DNA of 64,000 bases from an uncultured Chloroflexia bacterium (GTDB lineage Bacteria > Chloroflexota > Anaerolineae > JAAYZQ01): contig CAVOXA010000010.1 of the NCBI GenBank assembly GCA_963700285.1, positions 192,001 through 256,000 on the forward strand, written 5' to 3'. Below are positions 51,372-61,460 of the stretch, piece after piece; positions within the stretch are counted from its first letter, which is position 1; every line of letters begins with the position of its first letter. The position numbers and the translations under genes were made by a program. The notes under the pieces are model-generated. The model saw only the letters and a program-made list of their open reading frames with translations. It had not been told where the DNA came from and ran no database searches.

Positions 51372-51746
51372 ATGGGCATCGTCGTTTTCTTTCTCCTTGC
51401 GCTCGTCGCAGCTGCGATCATTGCTTACCCGCTGCTGGAAAGCCTGACGGGGCGTGGAAAACCGAACCAGTCTCCAGCCGTGACCGATGGGGACATCGAT
51501 CGCGCGGTGGACAAGCTCCGGCGGACACGGTCACAGGGGGACCATTCCTGCCCGGCCTGCGGCCAGGCCTACCAGGCAGGGGACCGTTTCTGCGTGCGCT
51601 GCGGCCATGATTTGGCCGCAGAGAAGGTTGTCCCAGCAGGACCTGCATGCCCCTCATGTGGTGCGAGCATCCACAAAGAGGATCAATTCTGTGCCAAATG
51701 CGGCCACCGCATGGATCTGGGGAGGCTGTCTGATGCTGCATCTTGA
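51372..51746 (+). CDS. Membrane-anchored double zinc-ribbon protein
   Basis: TM followed by CPACG..CVRCG and CPSCG..CAKCG. Confidence 0.75.
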   Translation: MGIVVFFLLALVAAAIIAYPLLESLTGRGKPNQSPAVTDGDIDRAVDKLRRTRSQGDHSCPACGQAYQAGDRFCVRCGHDLAAEKVVPAGPACPSCGASIHKEDQFCAKCGHRMDLGRLSDAAS

Positions 51747-52977
51747 CCGGAGGCTGGCCCCCATTTTTCTGGGGTTGCTGCTCGTCCTCACACTATCAAC
51801 CGCAACCCAGGCCCAGGACGCAGGCGCCCTTGAAGGCCTGGTCGTAAATGGAACGGCAGGCGGCCCGGAAGTAGGCGCAGGGGTCGCCGTCACGCTGCAC
51901 GTGTCTCAGGGTGGAACCGAGGCGCATACCTTTGAAACCATGACCGGCGATGGCGGACGATTCCGGTTCGACGAACTCGATACCAGCGCCGGCCTGGAGT
52001 ACTGGCCAGAGGTCGAGTACCTCGGCGTGCCCTACCGCAGCGCAGAGCCATTCCGCTTTGACGGCGAAGAGACGACGCTGGCGACGACCATCACCGTCTT
52101 TGAAACCACCGACGACGACAGCGCCGTGGACCTGAACTCGGTCCACTTTATCGCCGAGTCCTTTGGCGAAGTGCTGCGCATATCCGAGATCCACCTCTTT
52201 GGCAATTCTGGGGATCGGACCTACGTTGGACAGCCCGGGGAAGGCGGTTCGCGGACCACCGTCAAAGTCCCTCTGCCCGAGAATGCGATGGGAATCGCCT
52301 TTGAACAGGAGGACTCGGCCGAGCGTTTCATCGAGGTCGAGGATGGCATCCTGGATACCCAACCGGTGCTGCCGGGCCAGGAAACATCCATGGTCTTTTT
52401 CTCCTATCACCTCCTGGTAATGGGCGACACGATCCCCCTGGAGCGGACCTTTGCCTACCCATTGGCCCACCTGAACCTGCTTGCCGCCCAACCGGGCTTG
52501 CAACTCAACAGCGAGCAACTGGAGATGCAGGGCCCTCAGTCGTTCCAGGGACGGCCCTACGACCTCTATGCCATCGATGATCTACCCGCCAATGCTCCCC
52601 TGGCCATGGAGTTTGTGCCAGTGGAGGTTCCAGGCGAGTCCCCTGCCGCCGGCCCGGGCGCGGAGGCTGTGCCTCCAACCGGGAGCCAGAGCACGGCGGG
52701 CACATCCACAAGGGGCAACCAAGAACTTTTGCGCTGGCTCGGCTTTGGCCTGGTGGCCCTGGTAGTGGCTGGCGCCATCGTCTATGGCGCGACCAGAAAG
52801 AAGCTACCCGCCACACCCAGGTCCGATGCCAACCTATCCGCGCGTCCAGAGACCCGGCAACTGCTGGTCAAGCTGGCCGATCTCGAGGATGCCTTTGAGG
52901 CAGGACGAGTGGACGAGGCAAGTTATGCGCGCCAGCGGTCTGAACTCTACATGGCCATCAAATCGCTCCAATCATGA
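51733..52977 (+). CDS. Exported membrane-anchored protein in the ccm cluster
   Basis: Signal peptide, VVNGT beta-sandwich-like start, C-terminal TM and LADLEDAFEAGRVDEASY tail. Confidence 0.7.
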   Translation: MLHLDRRLAPIFLGLLLVLTLSTATQAQDAGALEGLVVNGTAGGPEVGAGVAVTLHVSQGGTEAHTFETMTGDGGRFRFDELDTSAGLEYWPEVEYLGVPYRSAEPFRFDGEETTLATTITVFETTDDDSAVDLNSVHFIAESFGEVLRISEIHLFGNSGDRTYVGQPGEGGSRTTVKVPLPENAMGIAFEQEDSAERFIEVEDGILDTQPVLPGQETSMVFFSYHLLVMGDTIPLERTFAYPLAHLNLLAAQPGLQLNSEQLEMQGPQSFQGRPYDLYAIDDLPANAPLAMEFVPVEVPGESPAAGPGAEAVPPTGSQSTAGTSTRGNQELLRWLGFGLVALVVAGAIVYGATRKKLPATPRSDANLSARPETRQLLVKLADLEDAFEAGRVDEASYARQRSELYMAIKSLQS

Positions 52978-53762
52978 CCAAAACATCCGCGCCGGTGATC
53001 GAGGTGAATAAAGTGACCAAGGCCTTTGGCCATCAGGTAGCGCTGCGAGGCGTGGACCTGAGCCTGGCCGAAGGTGAGTTTTTGGCGCTCTTTGGTCCCA
53101 ACGGCGCCGGCAAAACCACGCTGATCCGCATTGTCGCTTCGCTGATGCTGCCCACGGGAGGCGCGGTCCGTGTCCGGGGTGAGGATCTGAACAAGGCAGC
53201 CACATCGTTGCGCCGCCATATCGGCCTGATCTCCCACAATCCGCTGCTCTACGGCGACTTGACGCCGGATGAGAACCTAAACTTTTTTGCCCGCATGTAT
53301 GACCTGCCCCGGGCAGGCAAAGAGTCCGCGGCAGCCAGGATCGATGCCGTACTGGAGCAGGTCGGACTGACCGCCCGGCGGCGTGACCCGGTGCGGACAT
53401 TCTCCCGGGGCATGGTTCAGCGGCTGGCCATCGCTCGGGCCATCCTGCACGACCCGGAGATCATGCTCCTGGACGAGCCTTACACGGGCCTGGACCTACA
53501 GGCCGCCGACATGCTGCGGTCGGTGCTGCAGGAGCTGGCCGCCTCGAACCGAACCGTCATCCTGACCACCCACAATCTGGAACAGGGTCTGGAGATGTGC
53601 AACCGTGCCGCTATCCTCAACCAGGGCAGAGTCGCATGGGAAGGAACGCGGGCCGGTCTCGATCTGGCAGGCATGAAAGAGATCTATCGAGATGTGACCC
53701 GCCAGCCATCAAAAGTGAGACGTGATACGCGACCCACACCAGGCGAGGCGGGGCAAGCATAG
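52974..53762 (+). CDS. ccmA: Heme ABC exporter ATPase CcmA
   Basis: GPNGAGKTT, FSRGMVQR and LLDEPY; ccm context. Confidence 0.9.
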   Translation: MTKTSAPVIEVNKVTKAFGHQVALRGVDLSLAEGEFLALFGPNGAGKTTLIRIVASLMLPTGGAVRVRGEDLNKAATSLRRHIGLISHNPLLYGDLTPDENLNFFARMYDLPRAGKESAAARIDAVLEQVGLTARRRDPVRTFSRGMVQRLAIARAILHDPEIMLLDEPYTGLDLQAADMLRSVLQELAASNRTVILTTHNLEQGLEMCNRAAILNQGRVAWEGTRAGLDLAGMKEIYRDVTRQPSKVRRDTRPTPGEAGQA

Positions 53763-53812
53763 CTTAGGGCTCAATGCCCTTGCCCGGTAATCAGCGGCCT
53801 GAAACTCCAACT

Positions 53813-54490
53813 ATGAGCTACCTACGCAAAGTCACCGCCATCGTCTGGAAAGACATCGTCGCTGAACTCCGCACCAAGGAGATGTTCAGCGCCATGTTTG
53901 TCTTTGCTGTGCTGGTCATCGTCATCTTTAACTTTGCCTTCGAACTGAGGGTGAGCGGCGAAAGAGTGCGGCAGGTGGCGCCCGGGGCATTGTGGGTAGC
54001 CTTTACTTTCTCCGGGGTGCTGGGCCTGAACCGGGCCTTTGTCATGGAAAAGGACCGAGGATGCCTGGAGGGCCTGCTGCTGGCGCCCGTCGATCACTCG
54101 GCCATTTACTTTGGAAAGATGCTCTCCACGATACTGTTCATGCTCGTGGTCGAAGCCTTGATGCTGCCGGTATTCACTGCCTTCTTTGGCGTGAACCTTT
54201 TCGACCTGCGCCTGGTGCTCATCATTGTGCTGGGCACGGTGGGCTTTGCGAGTGTGGGGACCATTCTATCGGCCATGACGGCCCAGACGCGATCTCGGGA
54301 AGTACTGCTGCCCATCCTCTTGTTGCCCGTGGCCACACCGGTGCTCATTGCCGCCGTCAAGGCCACAGCGGGGATCCTGGACGGTCAAACAATGGGTGAC
54401 ATTGCCCGCTGGCTGCAACTCTTGGCAGCCTTTGCTGTCTTGTTTCCGGCGGTAGCGTTTATGACCTTTGACTATGTGGTCAAAGAGTAA
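53813..54490 (+). CDS. ccmB: Heme exporter permease CcmB
   Basis: WKDIVAELRTKE, EKDRGCLEGLLLAP and LLPILLLP. Confidence 0.92.
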   Translation: MSYLRKVTAIVWKDIVAELRTKEMFSAMFVFAVLVIVIFNFAFELRVSGERVRQVAPGALWVAFTFSGVLGLNRAFVMEKDRGCLEGLLLAPVDHSAIYFGKMLSTILFMLVVEALMLPVFTAFFGVNLFDLRLVLIIVLGTVGFASVGTILSAMTAQTRSREVLLPILLLPVATPVLIAAVKATAGILDGQTMGDIARWLQLLAAFAVLFPAVAFMTFDYVVKE

Positions 54491-54558
54491 GGTCCATGGT
54501 AACAAGCCATTGCAACTATCGAGCCAGATCTGCATCTAAGGGAGTGTAGGATGAGGAG

Positions 54559-55255
54559 ATGAGACAGAAAAAAGACACATGGCTCCTGGCTTTGACGGCC
54601 CTTAGCGCCGTACTGGTGATGGTGGCGATCTACCTGGCGCTGGTTCGCGCGCCAGATGCGAACCTGAGCAGTGAGACGGGGCGCTATGCCCAGCGCATCA
54701 TCTATTTCCACATTGCCACGGCCTGGGTTGGCTTTTTGGCCTTTTTCGTGACCTTTGTCGGCGGCATCGGCTACCTGCGCACGCGGGAAACGAAAATGGG
54801 ATATTGTTGCCCTGTCGTCCGCCGAGATTGGCACCGTGTTCATGCTGGGCGTGCTGGTCAGCGGTTCGATCTGGGCCAAGCCCGCCTGGGGCGTGTGGTG
54901 GGTCTGGGACGAGCGACTGACAATCTCCCTCATCCAGTTCCTGGTCTACGTGGGCTATCTGATGCTGCGCAGTGCGGTAGAGGATCCCTCCAGGCGGGCG
55001 CGTTTCGCCGCCGTGTATGGCATCGTAGCCTTTATCTCGGTCCCCATCAATTTCATCGCCATCCGCATGTGGCGCACCCAGCACCCCCTGATGTTCGGCA
55101 GCGAAGACGGCGGGCTGGGTCCCAATATGATGTTTGCTTTCTTTTTCAGTCTGATTACCTTCACGGTCTGGTACGTGACCCTGATGTGGCACCGGATCCG
55201 CCTGGAGCAGTCGCGGGACAACCTGGAACAGTTGAAACAGAGAATCTTGGACTAG
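54559..55255 (+). CDS. ccmC: Heme exporter CcmC (+1 frameshift near 54786)
   Basis: RIIYFHIATAW, then WAKPAWGVWWVWDERLT and RTQHP in the next frame. Confidence 0.9.
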
Positions 55256-55261
55256 GAGGAC

Positions 55262-55417
55262 ATGATGACCTTTCTCGTAGCAGCCTATACGGTTTTGTGG
55301 GCAATCTCCTTTGGCTTGGTTTTTAGCATGGTCTGGCGCCAGCGCAAGATCGACTCAGAGATGCAGAGCCTGCGCGTGCTGGTCGAAGATGAGCCGCAAG
55401 CCGATCAAGAGTGGTAG
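55262..55417 (+). CDS. ccmD: CcmD-like small protein (51 aa, not in ORF track)
   Basis: RBS AGGAGG; MMTFLVAAYTVLWAISFGLVFSMVWRQRKIDSEMQSL..., one TM and a charged tail, directly after ccmC. Confidence 0.75.
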   Translation: MMTFLVAAYTVLWAISFGLVFSMVWRQRKIDSEMQSLRVLVEDEPQADQEW

Positions 55418-55528
55418 CGGTTCGGCTCCACCGGTTTGTTCACTTGGGGGCGGCGTTGAACCCTTTGCACAGGTATCTAGCCAAGGGCGGTGTTCCATAA
55501 CCACGGACCAGAGAAGACTGCAGACAAA

Positions 55529-56551
55529 ATGGACTCGCAAAATCTGACCCTGGGCATCGCCTTCCTGGGCGGGCTGCTTTCTTTTGTATCGCCGTGCGTG
55601 CTGCCGCTGGTACCGGCTTATATCGGATACCTGGGCGGCACAACGGTCATGGCCGGTGAAACTAGGCAGGCACGAGGGGAAACCCTCCGAATCTTTGGCC
55701 ATTCTCTGGTCTTTGTCCTGGGCTTCATGCTGGTCTTTGTGCTGTTGGGCGCTTCGGCCACGTTCTTTGGCCGCCTTTTGCTTGACTTTTCGCTACTGCT
55801 GCAACGGGTGGGCGGCGTTTTGCTGGTCGTTTTCGGCATGAGGCTGATGGGCACGGGCTGGAGCAAGCAGCGGTGGATAGTCTCCGCCCTGGTTGTGGCC
55901 CTGGTCACCTTTGTCTTCGCTTCGGGAATGGTGGCCTCGGGGCGCCCGGACTTGGGCGAGTACACCCTTGTCTGGTTGCAGGAGAGCCTGATGATGGGCC
56001 TCATCGTCCTCGCCGGGGCCGGCTGGAGCATGTCGCGCCAGATCATCCTGGCCGTTGGGGCCGGCATCCTCAACTTTTTGGCCAGTTTTGATACCCTGGT
56101 CCCCAACCTGGTGGCCAGCGTGCTGATCTCCCTGATCGCTATCTTTTTCAACCGCGCTGACCTCTTTTACTCGGAGAAAAAACTCGAGATCAACCAGAGC
56201 GGCCAGACTGGGTATCTTCGCTCACTGCTCTTTGGCGTCGTCTTTGCCGCGGGCTGGACGCCCTGCGTCGGGCCGATACTGGCCGGCATCCTCATCGTGG
56301 CCAGCCAGCTCCAGACGGTCGGGCAGGGCATCCTGCTGCTCGTCGCCTACTCGCTGGGACTGGGCATCCCGTTTCTGATAGTGGGTCTGGCCTTTGGTCC
56401 ACTATCACAGCAACTGCGCAAGATGAACCGCTATCTGGGCGTCGTGTCCATCGTCAGCGGCGTGCTGCTGGTCCTGATGGGGATCCTGATCTTTACCGAC
56501 AGCCTGACCTTCCTGGCCCAGTATGGCAATATTCTTGAATTCGAATTCTAG
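55529..56551 (+). CDS. ccdA: Cytochrome c biogenesis protein CcdA with internal hydrophobic insertion
   Basis: SFVSPCVLPLVPAY and GWTPCVGPIL. Confidence 0.88.
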   Translation: MDSQNLTLGIAFLGGLLSFVSPCVLPLVPAYIGYLGGTTVMAGETRQARGETLRIFGHSLVFVLGFMLVFVLLGASATFFGRLLLDFSLLLQRVGGVLLVVFGMRLMGTGWSKQRWIVSALVVALVTFVFASGMVASGRPDLGEYTLVWLQESLMMGLIVLAGAGWSMSRQIILAVGAGILNFLASFDTLVPNLVASVLISLIAIFFNRADLFYSEKKLEINQSGQTGYLRSLLFGVVFAAGWTPCVGPILAGILIVASQLQTVGQGILLLVAYSLGLGIPFLIVGLAFGPLSQQLRKMNRYLGVVSIVSGVLLVLMGILIFTDSLTFLAQYGNILEFEF

Positions 56552-56561
56552 ATCGTGTCGT

Positions 56562-56609
56562 AGACACGCCATGTCGCAGACACGCCATGTCGCAGACACG
56601 CCATGTCGC
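56562..56609. repeat. Three perfect 16-bp tandem repeats
   Basis: AGACACGCCATGTCGC x3 between ccdA and the TlpA gene. Confidence 0.85.
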
Positions 56610-56628
56610 GAGACACATTGAGGACCAA

Positions 56629-57159
56629 GTGAAACACTGGAAAGCTCTTGTTGGCATATTGATGATCCTGGTGCTGGGCCTAGGCGCCTGTGCTGGTCCT
56701 GGCGCAGGGTCCGGATCGTCCGCGCCCATTGGCATCAACACGGGAAACCAAGCCCGCGACTTTCGGCTCAAATCCCTGGACGGCAGCGAGGTCTCCCTCG
56801 GTGACTTTCAGGGTGACGTCGTATTGGTCAATTTCTGGGCTACCTGGTGCGCACCCTGCCGGGCCGAAATACCGGAATTTGAAGAGGCATACCAGACCCA
56901 CAAGGATGAAGGCTTTGTGATACTGGGGCTGAATGAACAGGAGGCCCCTCGAGCGATTGAGCCCTTTGTTGAGGAAATGGGCATGACCTACCCGGTGTTG
57001 TTGGATGAGCAAGGTCAGGTGATGAGCGAATACCGCGTGTTGGGATTGCCCACATCCCTGCTCATAGACAGGAATGGCGTGATCCAGGTACGGCACACAG
57101 GAATCCTGAGCGCGGCTCAGTTGGAAAAGCACTTGAGCAAGCTGCTGCCCAGTGAATAA
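56629..57159 (+). CDS. TlpA/ResA-family thiol-disulfide reductase lipoprotein
   Basis: Lipobox LGAC, NFWATWCAPC and cis-Pro loop GLPTS. Confidence 0.9.
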   Translation: MKHWKALVGILMILVLGLGACAGPGAGSGSSAPIGINTGNQARDFRLKSLDGSEVSLGDFQGDVVLVNFWATWCAPCRAEIPEFEEAYQTHKDEGFVILGLNEQEAPRAIEPFVEEMGMTYPVLLDEQGQVMSEYRVLGLPTSLLIDRNGVIQVRHTGILSAAQLEKHLSKLLPSE

Positions 57160-57189
57160 ACAGCGGCGGTACCAGAGCAGGAGCATGAT

Positions 57190-57852
57190 TTGACGACAAC
57201 CACAACGCCCGCTCAAGGACGGAACCTGACCTTCTTTGTGGACAATGCGGTATTCAAACTGGCCAAGCACTGGTTGCTTCTGGCCAATCTGTTCTGGGGC
57301 CTCTACGCCGGCCTGCCGCTGCTGGCACCTGTCCTGATGGACGCCGGTTTGACCACTCCGGCCAAAATCATTTACATCGTCTACCGGCCGCTATGCCACC
57401 AGCTCCCAGAGCGCTCCTATTTTCTGGGCGGACCCGAGCACGTCTACTCGGCCGAAGAACTGGCAGATGCCGGGGTGGTGATCAACCCCTTTTCCCGTGA
57501 CATCGGCAACGAGACGGTGGGCTGGAAGACGGCTTTTTGCCAGCGAGACGTGGCCATCTATGGCTCCATCTTCCTGGCCGGACTCGGCTATGGCCTGATC
57601 CGGCGCCGGTGGCGAGGATGGAAAATGCCATTCCGCTACTACCTCCTCTTCCTGGTGCCCATGGGCATCGACGGAGTGCTGCAGCTCGTCGGCTTGCACG
57701 ATAGCGATTGGATCCTGCGCACCGTTACCGGCGCGATCTTTGGCGTGGGCTCGGTCCTCTTTGCCTACCCCTATTTGGATGAAGGGATGCGCGATGTGCG
57801 CCGCAGCATCACCAAGAGGCGCGCAGAGGAGCAATCGCAAGAAGTAGAATAG
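57190..57852 (+). CDS. DUF2085 membrane protein
   Basis: CHQLPERS, CQRD and PMGIDG motifs. Confidence 0.82.
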   Translation: MTTTTTPAQGRNLTFFVDNAVFKLAKHWLLLANLFWGLYAGLPLLAPVLMDAGLTTPAKIIYIVYRPLCHQLPERSYFLGGPEHVYSAEELADAGVVINPFSRDIGNETVGWKTAFCQRDVAIYGSIFLAGLGYGLIRRRWRGWKMPFRYYLLFLVPMGIDGVLQLVGLHDSDWILRTVTGAIFGVGSVLFAYPYLDEGMRDVRRSITKRRAEEQSQEVE

Positions 57853-57911
57853 GTCCTCCGCTCCCCCCCTCGCGTTTCATGTTTTGCTCTGCGCATGGTA
57901 TACTGCCTACC

Positions 57912-59210
57912 ATGTTCAACAAGGCATGGATCTATTTGGCCCTCATCTTAATACCCTTCGCCTTTATCTTTGACGCGCGAGCCCTGCTGGTCATCTCGGC
58001 CCTGTTGCTAACCGTCGTACCCATTGCCTGGTGGTGGAACCGTCACAGTCTGGACGGAGTCGAATACGAACGGATCCTGGACGAGCAGAGAGCCTTTCCC
58101 GGCGAGGTGAGAGAGCTAACCCTGCGGATAGCCAACCAGAAACTGCTGCCCTTGGGCTGGCTTGTCGTCCAGGACCAATGGTCTATGGCCCTGCCGCTGG
58201 AAGAAGGCAGACTCATTCCTTCTCAAACCGGCCAAATGGGCTTTTTTCGCACGGCGCTGGCGATCCGCTGGTTCGAGCGGGTGAACCGCCACTATCAGAT
58301 CCGCTGCACGCGGCGCGGCTTTTACCCCATGGGCCCGGTCCACCTGACGTCGGGCGACATGCTCGGTCTCTTTCGCCAACAGCGGACCCAGGAACACCTC
58401 GACTGGTTGATCGTCTATCCCCAGGTCCTGCCCCTGGACGTCCTCGGCTTCCCGCCCAAAGAGCCTTTTGGCGAGACCAAAGCGAGCTGGCGTATTTTTG
58501 AGGATCCCAGCCGGGCCGTGGGCATCCGTGACTACCAACCCGAAGACGGTTTTCGCCACGTCCACTGGAAGGCCACCGCCCGGCGGCAGGACCTGCAGGT
58601 CAAGGTCTACGAACCAAGTACCAGCCACAACTTGGTGGTCTTTCTCAACGTGGCTACTCTGGCCAAGCACTGGCACGGGGTTCTACCCAAGCTCCTGGAG
58701 CAAGCCATCAGTGTAGCAGCTTCCATTGCCAGCTATGGCGTCGAGCAGCGGTACCTTGTGGGCTTGGTGGCCAACGGCTCCATCCCCCACTCGGACCAGG
58801 CGATCAAGGTACTGCCCAGCCGCCGCCCGGACCAACTGGCCCGGGTGCTGGAGGCGCTGGCGGCAGTGACCAACTTTGCCACCGTGTCCATTGAATCGTT
58901 GCTATTGACCGAGAGCGCTCGCCTGCCGTGGGGCGCCACGCTGGTCGTCGTCACCGGCGTTATCACCGATCATTTGCTGGCGACCCTCCTCCGCCTGCAC
59001 GAGGTCGGCCGCCGGTTGGCACTTGTCTCCCTTGCCGAACAGGCCCCCGATCCCCTCGCTCTACCACCCGGGATCGTGATCCATCACCTGCCCGCCAGCG
59101 AGCTGCCCTTCGACGTCACATTTCTAGACGAAGAAGAGGAGTGGGCTACGGCAGGTTTATCCGAATTCGCACCCCCGATTCGCTTCACAGGAGCTGCCGG
59201 TGAGCAATAG
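57912..59210 (+). CDS. DUF58 protein
   Basis: RRGFY, VYPQ and GIRDYQPEDGFRHVHWKATAR. Confidence 0.88.
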   Translation: MFNKAWIYLALILIPFAFIFDARALLVISALLLTVVPIAWWWNRHSLDGVEYERILDEQRAFPGEVRELTLRIANQKLLPLGWLVVQDQWSMALPLEEGRLIPSQTGQMGFFRTALAIRWFERVNRHYQIRCTRRGFYPMGPVHLTSGDMLGLFRQQRTQEHLDWLIVYPQVLPLDVLGFPPKEPFGETKASWRIFEDPSRAVGIRDYQPEDGFRHVHWKATARRQDLQVKVYEPSTSHNLVVFLNVATLAKHWHGVLPKLLEQAISVAASIASYGVEQRYLVGLVANGSIPHSDQAIKVLPSRRPDQLARVLEALAAVTNFATVSIESLLLTESARLPWGATLVVVTGVITDHLLATLLRLHEVGRRLALVSLAEQAPDPLALPPGIVIHHLPASELPFDVTFLDEEEEWATAGLSEFAPPIRFTGAAGEQ

Positions 59211-60684
59211 GCTGGCCGCGGTCCTCCGCTCGGAATTCACCGCTACCAATAGCCGGCGAGAGGTGATCTATGTCGCCCTGGCCGCCGCAGAAATCTGCTG
59301 GGCGGCGCCGGTGTTCCTCCTTGCGGTCCAGTCCAGGAGCCCCCATCCACCCTACTCTCTATGGCTGGCAATGCTGGCACTGCTGCTGGGCTTCTTTTAC
59401 GTCTACCGCCTGGTGATGAGAGCCGGCCTATCGCTGCGGCGCCTGCAAGGGACGTTCGTCGGAGTCCTGCTGGTGAGCATTGTCCTGATGCTGCGCTTTC
59501 ACGTCTATGCTGATGCAGGGCTGAGCGGTATCGATTGGTTCCTGCAACCAATTCGCAGCTTTACGACTCTGACCTCGGGCGTCCCCCTCGAATTCATTGC
59601 CATGCTCACGCTCACCTACCTGTGGGCCAGGGGCATCCACCTGGCCCGCCGAAGCCTCTCGGCCACGAGCGTGGGCTTTAGTTTTCGCTCCGGGGTGATC
59701 GTCCTGATCGGCGTCACCCTGGCCATCAGCCTGCTCACTCCTGCAGACCTGTTGGGCTTTATCATCCTCTACTTTTTCTTTGCGCTGCTGGCGGTAGCGC
59801 TGGCCCGCGTCGAGGAGGTCAGCCGGGCGCCCAACAGCACCCGCGTGCGTTTCAACGGCTTTTGGATCGGTGCGACCATCGCTTCGGTCGGCATGTTGAT
59901 CGCCGTGGGCATCGGCGTATCCATCCTCTTTTACGGGGGTACCCTGGAGGTGGTACTGCGCTGGTTGCTGCCGCTTCTGGTTGTATTCCAGGTCCTGATC
60001 GTCGGCCTGGGGTACATCTTCTTCAAGGTGGTTGAATTCATCCTCACCCTGATCCCGATAAATTGGGACGCGCTCCAGGCAGCCCTCCAGAATATGGCGG
60101 CAGCCTTTGGCAATCTGTCGCCGCCGATTACCGAGACTGCCGAGGTTGATCCCGAGGCCATGCAGCGCACCATGGGAGCCGTGCAAGCATCGTGCCTCAC
60201 AGCCATCATCATTGTGATCATCCTGGTCGTCGTCGTGCTCACCTGGCGGAAGCTGATCAAGGATCGGGACCAGGCCGCGAATGAATCGAGGGAATCGATC
60301 ATGTCGGCCAGCGTGCTGGCCAACAGCCTGCGGGCCATGTTCCAGGCCGGCCGGGACCGGTTGAGCCAATTGGCTGGACTGGTGGACCAGTTTGGCCTGG
60401 GCCCCCAGCTCTTGTCAGCCATCACCATCCGCCGCATCTATGCCAACCTGGTGCGCCTGGCCAGCAAGGGCGGCTATCCCCGCCTGGGGTCTCAGACCCC
60501 CTACGAATACCGGGAGACGTTGCGGGAGGCATTTCCGGGCCGGGAAACGGACGTCGCCCTGATTACCGATGCCTATGTCAGCGCCCACTATGGGCAGCTA
60601 CCCGATAACCGGGAAGCGCTGCAGCAGATCCGCGAATGCTGGGAACGGATCCGTTCCCAAGGCATCCACGTGCCAGAACGTTAG
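59200..60684 (+). CDS. Multi-TM protein with C-terminal DUF4129
   Basis: Many TM helices; IRRIY...QTPYEY...ITDAYVSAHYG. Confidence 0.8.
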   Translation: MSNRLAAVLRSEFTATNSRREVIYVALAAAEICWAAPVFLLAVQSRSPHPPYSLWLAMLALLLGFFYVYRLVMRAGLSLRRLQGTFVGVLLVSIVLMLRFHVYADAGLSGIDWFLQPIRSFTTLTSGVPLEFIAMLTLTYLWARGIHLARRSLSATSVGFSFRSGVIVLIGVTLAISLLTPADLLGFIILYFFFALLAVALARVEEVSRAPNSTRVRFNGFWIGATIASVGMLIAVGIGVSILFYGGTLEVVLRWLLPLLVVFQVLIVGLGYIFFKVVEFILTLIPINWDALQAALQNMAAAFGNLSPPITETAEVDPEAMQRTMGAVQASCLTAIIIVIILVVVVLTWRKLIKDRDQAANESRESIMSASVLANSLRAMFQAGRDRLSQLAGLVDQFGLGPQLLSAITIRRIYANLVRLASKGGYPRLGSQTPYEYRETLREAFPGRETDVALITDAYVSAHYGQLPDNREALQQIRECWERIRSQGIHVPER

Positions 60685-60717
60685 GATGTATAGAGTGAGA
60701 GAGGGGGAAACCCATTT

Positions 60718-61320
60718 TCACCGAAGCCACTGCGGAGGCCCAGGCTGCCGCGCGATCAGCCGCGAGTTATGGTCGTCCTCGGCCCCATCCTCTGGCGCGC
60801 CGTCCGTGTCGTACACGATCTCCAGCCCGGCGGCGCGGGCCAACCGGCCCAACTCGCCCGGTTGCAGCAAATAGTCCGAGTCAAAGTCTGGCCGCGCGGC
60901 CAGGAATCGCTGGTTGCGATTGGCCTGGAACAAAAGCCCGCCGGGGCGCAATCCGGCGGCCAGGGCGGGCATGAGGGCACGGTTCAGGTAAAAGAACACG
61001 ACGATCAGGTCATAGCGCGCGGGGGGGACCCGCCAGCGGGATAGATCAGCCTGGACAAGGTTGATCGGCAGCCCGCGCCGCACCGCCTCGACCCTGGCCT
61101 TGCCCAGGGCAAAGCCACTTGCATCCACGGCATCAACCCGGTAGCCAAGAGAAGCCAGATAGAGGGCGTTGCCGCCAAAGCCGCAGGCCACGTCCAGAGC
61201 CCGTCCCCCTGCCAGCAGGAGGTGATGCCGGGTTAGAAAGGGCTTGGGCTCGAAATGAGCCGGACCTTCCCCCGCCGCATACTTTCGGTCCCAACGCTCG
61301 CTGTCGGACTCACCCCTCAT
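60718..61320 (-). CDS. Class I SAM methyltransferase (TehB-like)
   Basis: WDRKY, ALDVACGFGGNA and LRPGGLL. Confidence 0.85.
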   Translation of the reverse strand: MRGESDSERWDRKYAAGEGPAHFEPKPFLTRHHLLLAGGRALDVACGFGGNALYLASLGYRVDAVDASGFALGKARVEAVRRGLPINLVQADLSRWRVPPARYDLIVVFFYLNRALMPALAAGLRPGGLLFQANRNQRFLAARPDFDSDYLLQPGELGRLARAAGLEIVYDTDGAPEDGAEDDHNSRLIARQPGPPQWLR

Positions 61321-61460
61321 GTGCTGGATCCAAGGCTCCTGAGAGAATCATGGGTTAACCGCGGAGGCACGGAGAACACAGAGGACATTAAAGGACATCA
61401 AAAGGCAGAACAACTTCCATGAACTCTGGCTCTGCGCCGAGAACCTGTATGGGGCAGCAC

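Noticed and set aside
58545-58562. GGTTTTCGCCACG as a second VR end
   Set aside because: Only a short match in the middle of a DUF58 gene, with no upstream similarity to TR; no second target was found in the window.
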